Virus record (IMG/VR): IMGVR_UViG_3300028393_001967
Reading direction: 5' to 3' (one strand)
From: a virus
Length of the DNA stretch: 64,000 bases
Below are positions 48,198 to 58,217 of the stretch, piece by piece. Within the stretch, counting starts at the first letter, position 1. Each line of letters starts with the position of its first letter. The notes under the pieces were generated by a model. That model saw only the letters and a list, made by a program, of their open reading frames with translations. It did not search any database and was not told the DNA's origin. A program made the translations under genes and the position numbers.

Positions 48198-50255
48198 ATG
48201 TTTAAAAAACTCTTACTCAATCCTTGGACTGCTTTAATTACCCTTGCTATAATATTATCCGTTAGATTTTATGATCCTTCCTTTGTAGAATCTGTTAGAT
48301 TACGCTACTTTGATCAGTTGGTGACTAGTCAAGACAAAGTGGATATTCCCGTTAATGTCGTACACATCGATGAATCAGCTTTAGACAAATATGGGCAATG
48401 GCCTTTCCCCCGAGATTATTATGCCAACATCATTAAGGATTTGTATGCCCGTGATGCAGGGCTAGTTGTATTCAATGTACTAATGCCAGAAGCAGACAGA
48501 TTTAAACAAGATTCAGTATTAGCTAGAACTTTACAAACACATCCAACTATATTGCCTACATTGGGCAGTCAAAAACAAAAGAACACAGATCACGGCAGCG
48601 CCATACAAGTGATTGGGTTGGATCCTGCTGGCCGAGTAGTTGAGTACCCAGGACTTATTTCCAATGTTGAACCACTTGAATCATTGGCAGCAGGCGTTGG
48701 TATTGTAAACACATTTCCTGAAGTGGATGGCGTTGTTCGCCGTATGCCGCTTGTTATACTGAGCAATGGATCTTTACATCCTAGCCTAGCATTGGAAACT
48801 ATGCGTGTGGCTGCTGGTGACATTAAGATACAGGCTAAGATTGACGAAGAAGGAATTGCAGCCCTACGTATTCCCAAAGTTGGAAAGATCCCTACAGATG
48901 GATTAAGCCGTGTTTGGGTTGATTGGAGTCAAACTCCTAAAGAATATAGCCTAACTGAATTACCTAAATCATTTAATCACGAAATTGTCATTGTGGGTCT
49001 TAGTGCTGCTGGTCTAGTTAATCCTGTAGCAACATCCAAAGGCGAGATATGGCCACAAAACTTGCAGGCCGCTGCTATTGGAACAATCCTTAGTGGCAAA
49101 ACTATCCTACGTCCAGATTGGGCGGACACTGCGGAATTGGCTGCATTGTTTGTAATCAGTGTTATTTTATTATTTTTAACGAGGTGGACCTATGTCGGAC
49201 TTTCAGCAATGGTTATATTGGCAGTCAGTGGTGCTATTTTACCTTACTATCTTTATAGTCATTGGTTATTCCTTTTCGATGCCACTGCCTTAACAGCAGG
49301 TATCGTATTAGTATCGCTACACGCTTATGGTGTTAAGTTTGTAAGCGAGTTCTTACAAAAACAACAAATTAAGAAACAGTTTGGCAGTTATCTAAGTCCA
49401 GACTTGGTTGCTAAACTGGTTAAAGATCCTAGCCTATTAAAACTGGGTGGAACAGAACAAGATCTTACTATCCAGTTTAGCGACGTTCGCGGCTTTACTA
49501 GCATCAGCGAGCACTATGGCAAGGACGTTCAAGGGCTTACTAAAATTATGAATCGTTATATGACTGTAATGACACGAGTAATTTTAGAAAACGAAGGCAC
49601 ATTGGACAAGTACATTGGTGATGCTACGATGAGTTTTTGGAATGCCCCATTAGACAATCACAAGCACGCCAAAGACAGTGTTAGAGCAGCATTAGAAATG
49701 CTAGATGCAGTAAAGGTGTTTAATGATGAAATTGCTAAAGAAGGTGTACCACCTTTTGGTCTTGGTATTGGTTGCAACACTGGCGTTGTCGTTGTTGGTA
49801 ATATGGGCGGCGAGCAACGTTTTGATTATACTTGTCTCGGCGATGCTGTTAATTTGGCTTCCAGACTTGAAGGCCAAAGCAAGAACTACGGCGTACTCCT
49901 TGTTATCGGACCAGAAACAGCAGCCAGATTAGATGATGAATTCTTTGCTATTGAACTTGACTGTATAGCAGTTAAAGGCAAGACGGAAGGAGTAACAATC
50001 TTTACTGCTTTCCGTAATCCAGATGCTGGTGCAATGGTGGATTATATTTCTTCCCGTGAGCGTCACGAACTAATGTTGGCTCACTATCGTAAACAACAGT
50101 GGGAACAGGCTATCAAACTTTGCAATGAACTACAAGGTGAGTTTGATGGACAGTTGGATCATTACTATGAACTATGGCTAGAGCGTATTGAAGAAATGCG
50201 AGCCAAAGGATTACCAGAAGATTGGGATGGCGTGTTTAGAGCGACGAGCAAATAA
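48198..50255 (+). CDS. CHASE2-domain membrane adenylate/guanylate cyclase (class III)
   Basis: IDE..L.KYGQWPFPR, DGVVRR.PL, TM helices, FSDVRGFT.ISE, DKYIGDA, GNMG...RFDYT.LGDAVNLASRLEG. Confidence 0.95.
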   Translation: MFKKLLLNPWTALITLAIILSVRFYDPSFVESVRLRYFDQLVTSQDKVDIPVNVVHIDESALDKYGQWPFPRDYYANIIKDLYARDAGLVVFNVLMPEADRFKQDSVLARTLQTHPTILPTLGSQKQKNTDHGSAIQVIGLDPAGRVVEYPGLISNVEPLESLAAGVGIVNTFPEVDGVVRRMPLVILSNGSLHPSLALETMRVAAGDIKIQAKIDEEGIAALRIPKVGKIPTDGLSRVWVDWSQTPKEYSLTELPKSFNHEIVIVGLSAAGLVNPVATSKGEIWPQNLQAAAIGTILSGKTILRPDWADTAELAALFVISVILLFLTRWTYVGLSAMVILAVSGAILPYYLYSHWLFLFDATALTAGIVLVSLHAYGVKFVSEFLQKQQIKKQFGSYLSPDLVAKLVKDPSLLKLGGTEQDLTIQFSDVRGFTSISEHYGKDVQGLTKIMNRYMTVMTRVILENEGTLDKYIGDATMSFWNAPLDNHKHAKDSVRAALEMLDAVKVFNDEIAKEGVPPFGLGIGCNTGVVVVGNMGGEQRFDYTCLGDAVNLASRLEGQSKNYGVLLVIGPETAARLDDEFFAIELDCIAVKGKTEGVTIFTAFRNPDAGAMVDYISSRERHELMLAHYRKQQWEQAIKLCNELQGEFDGQLDHYYELWLERIEEMRAKGLPEDWDGVFRATSK

Positions 50256-50618
50256 TTAATCGTCGCCGGCAGCTGATTGTATTTCGGTTTTAGTTGCTCG
50301 GCGTTTGCCAATTGGTTGAACAGCAGCATCATCGCGCTTCTTAGTTTGATTAATATCTTTTTCAGCTTCAATACGTTCACGTTCAATGGTCTTACCACGT
50401 AGTTCCATAACAGTTTCTACTTTTTGATTAAGACGTATAAGATCGTTATCCAGCATACGAATACGGTCAATAAGTGCAATAAGAGTTCCGTTGGCTGCAC
50501 CAATAACTGGTTTAATTTCGGTAGTTACCCAAGTCCAAACATAGTAAATCATGTACCCAACACCAAACGCTGCTACAATAGGAAATCCATATTTGTTTAT
50601 TAAATCTACTGGATCCAT
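50256..50618 (-). CDS. Small TM plus coiled-coil protein (GFPI family, holin/YvrJ-like)
   Basis: YGFPIVAAFGVGYMIYYVW. Confidence 0.6.
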   Translation of the reverse strand: MDPVDLINKYGFPIVAAFGVGYMIYYVWTWVTTEIKPVIGAANGTLIALIDRIRMLDNDLIRLNQKVETVMELRGKTIERERIEAEKDINQTKKRDDAAVQPIGKRRATKTEIQSAAGDD

Positions 50619-50620
50619 GA

Positions 50621-50716
50621 TTACCCCTTAAATGTTATGGCAATATACATACCATAGACGGCGACGATCATAGAAATTCCAACTATGATTTGCATAATTA
50701 TACTATCATTAATCAT
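50621..50716 (-). CDS. 31-aa single-TM peptide, absent from the ORF track
   Basis: MINDSIIMQIIVGISMIVAVYGMYIAITFKG fills the gap exactly. Confidence 0.5.
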   Translation of the reverse strand: MINDSIIMQIIVGISMIVAVYGMYIAITFKG

Positions 50717-50717
50717 A

Positions 50718-50993
50718 TTAATCCTTCCTTTGATCTGCTTGTTCTGCTCTACTAATTCTATCGTAATCGGGCTGTAAACCTAGTGCGTGGCTTACTTTAA
50801 CGTCAATACGTTGTAGTTGGTTGGTCATTGTATCAACTCGTGCATCAAGCCCTTTGATGATACCGCCCATGCCGTTTACGCTGCTAGTAACACCAGCTAG
50901 AATGAATTTTAGTGTAAGGAAAACGAAATAACCAGCAGCCATTGCGCCAGCAATTGGAAAACCTAATTCTGCTACTAATTTGAAGAAATCCAT
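50718..50993 (-). CDS. Small TM plus coiled-coil protein, paralogue of 50256-50618
   Basis: LGFPIAGAMAAGYFVF; RBS GGAG; TAAATA upstream. Confidence 0.6.
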   Translation of the reverse strand: MDFFKLVAELGFPIAGAMAAGYFVFLTLKFILAGVTSSVNGMGGIIKGLDARVDTMTNQLQRIDVKVSHALGLQPDYDRISRAEQADQRKD

Positions 50994-51092
50994 TAATCTA
51001 CTCCCAGTGTATCTGTATTTACTATGTAGATAATCAAAAAAATATACGCACTTAATTGACAAAATCTTAAATATATGTTATACTTAGACATA

Positions 51093-51167
51093 CTGGCCGT
51101 AGCACAATGGATAGTGCAGTAGCCTTCTAAGCTATTGATCCAGGTTCAATTCCTGGCGGCCGGACCA
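51093..51167 (+). tRNA. tRNA-Arg(TCT)
   Basis: Cloverleaf, loop CTTCTAA, CCA end; sigma70 promoter TTGACA-17-TATACT upstream. Confidence 0.9.
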
Positions 51168-51173
51168 TACAAA

Positions 51174-52121
51174 ATGAAAATACTAATAATAAGAAATCCC
51201 CAAAACGATCCCCACGCACCCAATTATCCTAATGGATTAAAGGGCGGCGCTTGCTATCAAAGCGATATGTTATTACACGGGCTTAGACAACGTTTTGGGG
51301 ACGAAGTTGTTGAAGTGGAACGTAGTTGGTGGATGTACTCGGAAGATTTTGGTCCTGGCAAATTATCCGAAGATGTACACAAAGGATTTACCATTTATCG
51401 TACACTAGGTGACGATAGCGGAGTAGATAGAACAGATATTGATTCAAAGATTGTCAATCATTATTTTGACGTCGTCATTTTTGGTTATGTGCATTACGGT
51501 ATCAATCCATACTTTTGGAATCTAGTAAAAAATCATTATCAGTCAAACGAAATTTTATATATTGATGGTGATGATAAATGGTCCGCTGTTAGACACGATT
51601 TGTCTAAAGAGTGTGTATACTTTAAACGTGAACTTTTTGAACCATCTGACAACTTATTTCCTATCAGCTTTGCTATGCCTGATGAAAAAATAGACACAGT
51701 TCCCAACGACAACAAAACCTGTATTGTTAGTCATATGGATCCTAGGGATAAAAGCACATACATCTATACTACCGAGCCATCATATTACCAGCAATATGCA
51801 GATGGCTTGTTTGGTATAACAATGAAAAAAGGTGGATGGGATTGTATGCGTCATTATGAAATATTAGCTAATAATTCTATTCCATTATTTTTAGATATTG
51901 AACAATGTCCGTCTCCCAGTGTAATGCATACCTTGCCTAAAGATCAATTGGTAAAGGTGATAGAACTAATTAGGGCAAATGGAATAGATTGGTTTGCAAC
52001 TAGCGACGGTTTTGATTGCTGGCAAGAAATTAACGATAAAGTGCAAACTCATTTTAAACAGTATTGTACTACTAGTGCGTTAGCAGATTACGTGTTAGAC
52101 ACGGTTAGGAAATTGAAATGA
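51174..52121 (+). CDS. Putative glycosyltransferase
   Basis: IDGDD, YFKREL, KKGGWDCMRHYEILA. Confidence 0.6.
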   Translation: MKILIIRNPQNDPHAPNYPNGLKGGACYQSDMLLHGLRQRFGDEVVEVERSWWMYSEDFGPGKLSEDVHKGFTIYRTLGDDSGVDRTDIDSKIVNHYFDVVIFGYVHYGINPYFWNLVKNHYQSNEILYIDGDDKWSAVRHDLSKECVYFKRELFEPSDNLFPISFAMPDEKIDTVPNDNKTCIVSHMDPRDKSTYIYTTEPSYYQQYADGLFGITMKKGGWDCMRHYEILANNSIPLFLDIEQCPSPSVMHTLPKDQLVKVIELIRANGIDWFATSDGFDCWQEINDKVQTHFKQYCTTSALADYVLDTVRKLK

Positions 52122-52945
52122 AAATTGTTGATACATTTATGTTTTGTAACGAGTATGACTTACTTGAATTACGTTTATCAGAACATTACAATCACGTAGA
52201 CAAGTTTATCATCATTGAATGTGATAGAACATTTACTGGCTTGTATAAAGGATTTAATTTGGAAACACAGTTGGCACGTTATACAACTTGGTGGGATAAA
52301 GTTGAATATATTAAAGTAAGCAATTGCCCCTCCACGCCCAATGCTTGGGCCAACGAAACTTGGCAACGTAGTCATATGAATACAGCGTGGCAAGATTTAG
52401 GTAAAGACGATGTAATTCTAATTAGTGATTTAGATGAAATTTTTAGACCAGAAGCAATTGATTTTATACGCAATAGTGATTACGATTTGTATCTTTTATA
52501 TATGCCTGGATTTTATCTAAAGTTAAACTATATGGACACTGAAGGTCATTATAGTACTTGGGGTCGTGCTATTCGAGGTTATCAAACTGACGGCGAACAG
52601 ATGCGTTATATCAAAGACTTTCCAGGTGCTCGTAAAGTTTCGGTACACCATGCGGGGTGGCATTTTGGTTGGTTAGGCGATGTCAAATGGATTCAGAATA
52701 AAATCAATAGTTTTGCACACGCAGCAGAATTACAAGCAATTGCTCATACTATTGATATTGATGCACATATTCAAAATCACGAAGATCCACAACGTAGATC
52801 AAAGTCGTGGTATCCTGTAAAGTTTGACGGATACTTTCCTAAAACTATTTTAAATAATTTAGAAAAGTATCGTTCTTGGATTTTACCTATTGCTGATAAA
52901 ACTGTACAGGATTATCATACACGCAGTATTTTAGACCTTGATTAA
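52118..52945 (+). CDS. GT17-like glycosyltransferase
   Basis: D.F.F.NE.DLLELRL, E..QR, ISDLDEI, GWHF.W. Confidence 0.8.
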   Translation: MKIVDTFMFCNEYDLLELRLSEHYNHVDKFIIIECDRTFTGLYKGFNLETQLARYTTWWDKVEYIKVSNCPSTPNAWANETWQRSHMNTAWQDLGKDDVILISDLDEIFRPEAIDFIRNSDYDLYLLYMPGFYLKLNYMDTEGHYSTWGRAIRGYQTDGEQMRYIKDFPGARKVSVHHAGWHFGWLGDVKWIQNKINSFAHAAELQAIAHTIDIDAHIQNHEDPQRRSKSWYPVKFDGYFPKTILNNLEKYRSWILPIADKTVQDYHTRSILDLD

Positions 52946-53521
52946 TTTAATAAGAACATCGTCTTCACGACCATTCTTTAATAATTTATAAACTTTGATA
53001 CTGGCAATACCTTTTAACACAGGTATAATATCTTCACGTAGCTGATCTGCCACAGTACTACTTGATACATCTTCAATAATATAAATGCCACCAGACTTTA
53101 AACTGTCCCAGGCCAATTTAATTGTTTCAAACTGTGTTACGTGATTATGATCGCCATCATCAATAATAGCATCAAAATCTTTTGGTAAATTGTTGTATGT
53201 ATTAGCATCTGTACTAGAACTGTTCCACAAGCCGTGGATATTGGAATCGGCTTTTAGTTCTTCTACAAATGGCCTGTTATCCCAATAGTCAGGCAAAATG
53301 TCGACTCCCCACAATTCGTAAGAATTAAAAAATCGTCTCCAGGCCCATTGACTACCACCCGAATGAACTCCAATCTCAAGCAACTTAATATGTGAATAAC
53401 CACTAAAGATTTCATCATACAAATTTGCGTAAGAGTGAAATGTATTTTTGTCCGTAAACACACCGCAATAATCACCGTATAGGGATACACCCTCATTTAA
53501 TATTTCATTTAAATCTGCCAT
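52931..53521 (-). CDS. SAM-dependent methyltransferase
   Basis: TDK...HSY, LLEIGV..GGS, IIDDGDH, GGIYIIEDV. Confidence 0.85.
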   Translation of the reverse strand: MADLNEILNEGVSLYGDYCGVFTDKNTFHSYANLYDEIFSGYSHIKLLEIGVHSGGSQWAWRRFFNSYELWGVDILPDYWDNRPFVEELKADSNIHGLWNSSSTDANTYNNLPKDFDAIIDDGDHNHVTQFETIKLAWDSLKSGGIYIIEDVSSSTVADQLREDIIPVLKGIASIKVYKLLKNGREDDVLIKLIKV

Positions 53522-53529
53522 TTTATTTC

Positions 53530-54237
53530 CTAATTAATAGTTCTATTTAACACATCTTGCCAATCAATAATTTTATCCATTGTCCAAGAATCACAATGTG
53601 TAGCATATCCAGGGACAGGTGTAATCAGCCCTCGTTTATTTCCCAGTTCAGTAAATAGTTGCGAATCATGAGTCCAATGGTCATCACCGCCGCACCATTG
53701 ATAAAATATATCTTTGTCCTGCTTTAAGTAGTGCACACTAGAAGCAAATGTCATTGTAGTTGAAGGTGTTGTCCTCCAATGACAACTTTCAGTTTGAATA
53801 AGGTAACAGGCATTATTTGCTTGTTCCTTCCAATATTTGTCTGGATGGTCATATAGGCTTACATAAGCAGCTCGATTGAGACCTTGCTCTAATATTAAAT
53901 CAGCACCCTCGTGATGAATGTAATCATCTTCTACAAAATATACTTGTGCAGCATCTGGTAATTTTAATGCCCGTTCTAAACTATATAAAAACGAACCTGC
54001 ATTGTGACCAAATGAAGTCCTTTGTAGATCTAAATTAGGATATAATGCATTGAGTTGATCCCATACTTGATCGTCCACTCCATCAGCAATAATACTAATA
54101 TCTTGTTCTGCAAACACACTGGTGAAGTTTTTAAGTACTTGCCACTTATCAAACCAATTGGGTCTGCTGGGACTTTTTCTAGGAGTCCCATCGCTGCCCA
54201 ACATATTGTTAAAACTAAATCTATAATATATTTTCAT
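53530..54237 (-). CDS. GT-A fold glycosyltransferase
   Basis: YFVEDDYIH, YVSLYDHPDKY, STTMTF. Confidence 0.7.
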   Translation of the reverse strand: MKIYYRFSFNNMLGSDGTPRKSPSRPNWFDKWQVLKNFTSVFAEQDISIIADGVDDQVWDQLNALYPNLDLQRTSFGHNAGSFLYSLERALKLPDAAQVYFVEDDYIHHEGADLILEQGLNRAAYVSLYDHPDKYWKEQANNACYLIQTESCHWRTTPSTTMTFASSVHYLKQDKDIFYQWCGGDDHWTHDSQLFTELGNKRGLITPVPGYATHCDSWTMDKIIDWQDVLNRTIN

Positions 54238-54917
54238 TTTTTATATCTTTCTGGAGGATATTCTTGTTGGTAATGGTCTACCCCAGATTCATACATACCA
54301 TAAAATTTTGCACCATTGTGGCCCCACCAGGCTTCCATATCGCACGTATAGTTAAAATTGTTATTAGTTTGTCGTTCGTAGTTTACTGTACTTGGCAAAA
54401 CTAGTGCTTGGCATCGTCTGATAAAACTTGCCTTTGTCCAACCCAAATTGCCACTGAGGTGATGCCACGGATAACTGTGATAGTTACAGCCCACACCGTC
54501 GTACCCTTCATTTAATTTGGCAACACATTCTTGCCAGTGATCAATTGCCCAGTAGTCTAACAACCAGCGCCAATGTTTTGCTCTAATGTCAGTTACTTTA
54601 CCAATATGGGTCACACCTTTTAAATGAAGATAAAGAATGGGGTATTCATCCGTTGTTATATCAACAACTTCTTTCATTAAGATGCCTGTAGGTACGTCAT
54701 GTTCTTTTGGATCAATACCTTCTTTAAAGACCCATACAAATTTTCCTCGATGATTCCATTTTTCTTTTAAGTCATCAAAACTACTTTCATTGTAGTGCAT
54801 ATTCATATAGATTTCAGATTGAGCCATTAATCCACTATCTTCAATTTGTGATAATTGTTCTTCAGCAATGTCTTGCCACCCTGGAAGATCAACTAAATGG
54901 TAAAATATTTTTATCAT
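54234..54917 (-). CDS. Putative glycosyltransferase-like protein
   Basis: LYLHLKGV, H.SGN..W. Confidence 0.55.
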   Translation of the reverse strand: MIKIFYHLVDLPGWQDIAEEQLSQIEDSGLMAQSEIYMNMHYNESSFDDLKEKWNHRGKFVWVFKEGIDPKEHDVPTGILMKEVVDITTDEYPILYLHLKGVTHIGKVTDIRAKHWRWLLDYWAIDHWQECVAKLNEGYDGVGCNYHSYPWHHLSGNLGWTKASFIRRCQALVLPSTVNYERQTNNNFNYTCDMEAWWGHNGAKFYGMYESGVDHYQQEYPPERYKK

Positions 54918-55594
54918 TTTTTAACTTTTGCCAATGCTAGGTAATGTCCATATGCTTCTGAAAAACCTACAGGCTCCATATCAAATTGATAGAATATTTG
55001 CTGTATTAACTGTTCATCAAAAACGTGATGATGCAAACATCTATTTTCTATATTTTTAAGAGACCTATTGACAAAGTTTAAAAATGTACCAGCACCCTGA
55101 TCTTTAGATAAATCGTGCAACTTTAATATTTCTTCTAAATGAGTTAAATCGTCCTCACCTACATCATTATTATAATCATCAATAAGGTGTTGCAATGTAG
55201 TAGTAGGCCTTCGGTGATCAAAACAATGCGCTTTCATTGGCAAAATTAAAAATATAGATCCGCCAGGTTTGACTACACGGATCCATTCTGTTAAGGCTTT
55301 AAAAGGATTGGCAATGTGTTCTAGATTATTTGATGATAAGATTAAATCATAACTATTGTCCTCAATGGGATGAAGATCTGTACCTTCGCAAATATACAAA
55401 TCTCCAGTTTTACCATCTGCGTATTTGTATTGACCCTTTCCTTCAGTTTGAGAATGTTGCCAAACAGTTTCTGCACTAAAGTTTACGCCATCTACAGATC
55501 CAACTGATCTATAAATTCCGTGTGTGCCAAATTCTCCACTTGGACCGCCAATCTCTAATGCTTTCATTCCTTGACAATATTCTTCGTAAGTCAT
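54914..55594 (-). CDS. SAM-dependent methyltransferase
   Basis: LEIGGPS, LEHIANP, VKPGG. Confidence 0.85.
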   Translation of the reverse strand: MTYEEYCQGMKALEIGGPSGEFGTHGIYRSVGSVDGVNFSAETVWQHSQTEGKGQYKYADGKTGDLYICEGTDLHPIEDNSYDLILSSNNLEHIANPFKALTEWIRVVKPGGSIFLILPMKAHCFDHRRPTTTLQHLIDDYNNDVGEDDLTHLEEILKLHDLSKDQGAGTFLNFVNRSLKNIENRCLHHHVFDEQLIQQIFYQFDMEPVGFSEAYGHYLALAKVKK

Positions 55595-55687
55595 ATATTT
55601 CCTTTATGATATTTAATATTTAGGTTGCGAACCTGAAAAATTTATTGTACACTAATGATAATCATAAGTAAACAAAAGGGTATATAA

Positions 55688-56569
55688 ATGCAAGCATTAT
55701 TTACAGGGGCATTGGGAGATTTCCTCGGTGCCGAAAGTTTTATGACAGAAGCTGAAAAAGATTCGGTTACTACAATTCTATGGGCGACCCGCAATCGTTC
55801 TGAAATTCAAGCAGCAGTTGATTTAAAAGTAATCTTTCCAAATTTACAAGAAGAAAAAATATTGTTTGATGATTGGGGAACTGACCGTCCAACACGACCT
55901 TGGCAAGAGGGTGACAAATTTATGTCTATTGGAATGAAGGGAGATTTAAATCTCAAGTGCAAGTTAAATCTTAGTCAAGAAGAATTGGACGCAATTAACG
56001 ACTATAGTTTGGATGCCACACTACAGAAAATTTTTACAGGACATCGTTGGCAAAGCAGCAGATTTACATCAAGAAGTATCTGGCCAGATGTTGGCAGATT
56101 TAATTTACCAGAACGTTATGTGGTAATACATCCGTGGAGTGATGCTGAAATCTGTGGTCGAGAATTTAACAATGCAGATTGGCAAAATATTTTTACATTT
56201 TTAAATACAATTGGCGCAACTGGCGTTGTAGTGAATCAAAGCAGCACCCCTGCCCCTGTTCATCCATTATTAATTGATCTTACAAATCAAACTTCTTTAA
56301 AAGAAACGTTTAGCATTATTACTCAAGCTGAATCTTGTATTTTATGTTCAAGCAGCCTAGCCTGCTTTGCATCAAAAATATTTCCAAAACATAAAATTTG
56401 GATTAAAGGTGGACATCAATATATTTTTACAGATTGGGCTACATATTTTTATCACGGCCCATTTAACAATCCTTCTGATGTTACTTTCAAAGATTTTGAA
56501 ATTTTAAAAACATATCGAATATCAAATCAATCAGCAATGCTTGATCAGGGACTGCTAACACTTTTATAA
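55688..56569 (+). CDS. GT9 (heptosyltransferase)-like protein
   Basis: GALGD, VVIHP, IDLT.QTSL; promoter TTGCGA-17-TACACT at ~55625. Confidence 0.6.
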   Translation: MQALFTGALGDFLGAESFMTEAEKDSVTTILWATRNRSEIQAAVDLKVIFPNLQEEKILFDDWGTDRPTRPWQEGDKFMSIGMKGDLNLKCKLNLSQEELDAINDYSLDATLQKIFTGHRWQSSRFTSRSIWPDVGRFNLPERYVVIHPWSDAEICGREFNNADWQNIFTFLNTIGATGVVVNQSSTPAPVHPLLIDLTNQTSLKETFSIITQAESCILCSSSLACFASKIFPKHKIWIKGGHQYIFTDWATYFYHGPFNNPSDVTFKDFEILKTYRISNQSAMLDQGLLTLL

Positions 56570-56574
56570 TAACT

Positions 56575-57429
56575 ATGAAAAATAATTTAACCATTGCTAT
56601 TATTGATAGCGAATACCACGCATTAGCTTCCAAAGCTATTGATAAAACATTGGAAGTTACTGATGCTAAATCTGTTGTAGTGTTAAGCGATAAAGATTTT
56701 TATCCTGGAAGCACTTTTGTAAAGATTGATGCGCTTTCAGATAAAGCTGGTTATGATCGACTTGTATTAAAAGAACTTGGAAAACATATTACAACTGATC
56801 ATTTTCTTGTTATACAATATGATGGTATGGCCACTGATGCAAGTAAATGGCAAGATGATTTTTTAAAGTACGATTATATTGGTGCTCCTTGGCCTTGGGG
56901 TGATCCAGCATACAGTGTGGGCAATGGTGGCTTTAGTCTACGCAGTAGAAAATTGGCTGAGTTGTGTTTAGATGACCGATTAGTTCACAATCCACCAGAA
57001 GTTGGCCCAGATAATCATATGGAAGATAAACACATTGCCGTTTTTTACAAACAATGGTTGATGAGCGAGGGAATCAATTACGCATCAGTACCATTGGCTC
57101 GACAATTTTCAGCAGAAATTCCAGGAGGCAAATTTGATACCTTTGGATTCCACGGTACACTTTGTTTGCCATTTTATCTAAATGATGAACACTTAGCTTT
57201 TTACATTGATAATCTAACTACAAAGATGCTGACTAATGAAGCTCACATTCGTATTATGTATGGACTATTCCGTGCAGAGCGTTACGAGCATTTAGAACAG
57301 TTTATGGATAAAACTACATCGATCAATCCCAATTTTAAACAAGTCTTGTTAAATCAATTTCCAAGAGATGCCCATCACTATCCAGAAATTTCATTGTCTG
57401 ATATTGAAACTTTGTTGATAAACTACTAA
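56575..57429 (+). CDS. DUF5672-like putative glycosyltransferase
   Basis: Q.DG, YDYIGAPW, VGNGGFSLRS, ED, FGFHG. Confidence 0.75.
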   Translation: MKNNLTIAIIDSEYHALASKAIDKTLEVTDAKSVVVLSDKDFYPGSTFVKIDALSDKAGYDRLVLKELGKHITTDHFLVIQYDGMATDASKWQDDFLKYDYIGAPWPWGDPAYSVGNGGFSLRSRKLAELCLDDRLVHNPPEVGPDNHMEDKHIAVFYKQWLMSEGINYASVPLARQFSAEIPGGKFDTFGFHGTLCLPFYLNDEHLAFYIDNLTTKMLTNEAHIRIMYGLFRAERYEHLEQFMDKTTSINPNFKQVLLNQFPRDAHHYPEISLSDIETLLINY

Positions 57430-57430
57430 T

Positions 57431-58213
57431 ATGAAACGTAAATTACTAATTATTTTAAGAACTTGCCAACGTGTCAATATGGTGCACGACAATGGCAGTG
57501 GCAGATATATCAAAGTCAGCAAACACGAATTGATCAATGTGTGTATGAGCAGTCTTGTAGACAGTATCAATCGAGTAACCGACCACGACATTGAATTGGT
57601 TGTTCTTGATGACCACAGTATTCCTGAAGCAGTTACAGATATCAAAACCATCATGGGCAAGTGTAAGTTTCCATCAGAATTTATTTCACTCGATGTTACC
57701 GGAAATGCCGAATCATTAGCACAAGTATATGGGCTCGTAGAGCAACGTGCAACGGACTTATGGTATCACGTGGAAGATGATTACTTGCACTTTCCCACTG
57801 CTATACAAGATATGATTGACAGTGTGAGCTTGTTCGAAGAAATGACTAACAAGATGATTGCAATCAATCCGCACGACGATGCTTGGCGCTATAAGAAGGA
57901 AATTTATCCCAGTTTTATTTTGCACGGACCCCAAAGGCATTATAGAACTGTTAAACATACTACTTATACTTGTTTAGCTAGTAAACAAATTTACAATAAA
58001 TATCGTCAGCATTTTCAAGATGTTGTAACGCTAACAAGGCAGAGAGCAGATTGGGTAGAAGATAAAACAATTAATTTGGTTTGGAGCAAAGAAGATGTTA
58101 TGTTATTCAGCCCAATACCAGGACTAGCTTTACACATTATGGACGAAAGTGGCATGGATCCGTATATTGATGTAGCATCACTTTGGGACAGTGTTCCAGA
58201 ACTTTGGAGTTAA
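57431..58213 (+). CDS. GT-A fold glycosyltransferase
   Basis: LDDHS, YHVEDDYLH; related to 53530-54237. Confidence 0.7.
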   Translation: MKRKLLIILRTCQRVNMVHDNGSGRYIKVSKHELINVCMSSLVDSINRVTDHDIELVVLDDHSIPEAVTDIKTIMGKCKFPSEFISLDVTGNAESLAQVYGLVEQRATDLWYHVEDDYLHFPTAIQDMIDSVSLFEEMTNKMIAINPHDDAWRYKKEIYPSFILHGPQRHYRTVKHTTYTCLASKQIYNKYRQHFQDVVTLTRQRADWVEDKTINLVWSKEDVMLFSPIPGLALHIMDESGMDPYIDVASLWDSVPELWS

Positions 58214-58217
58214 AATT

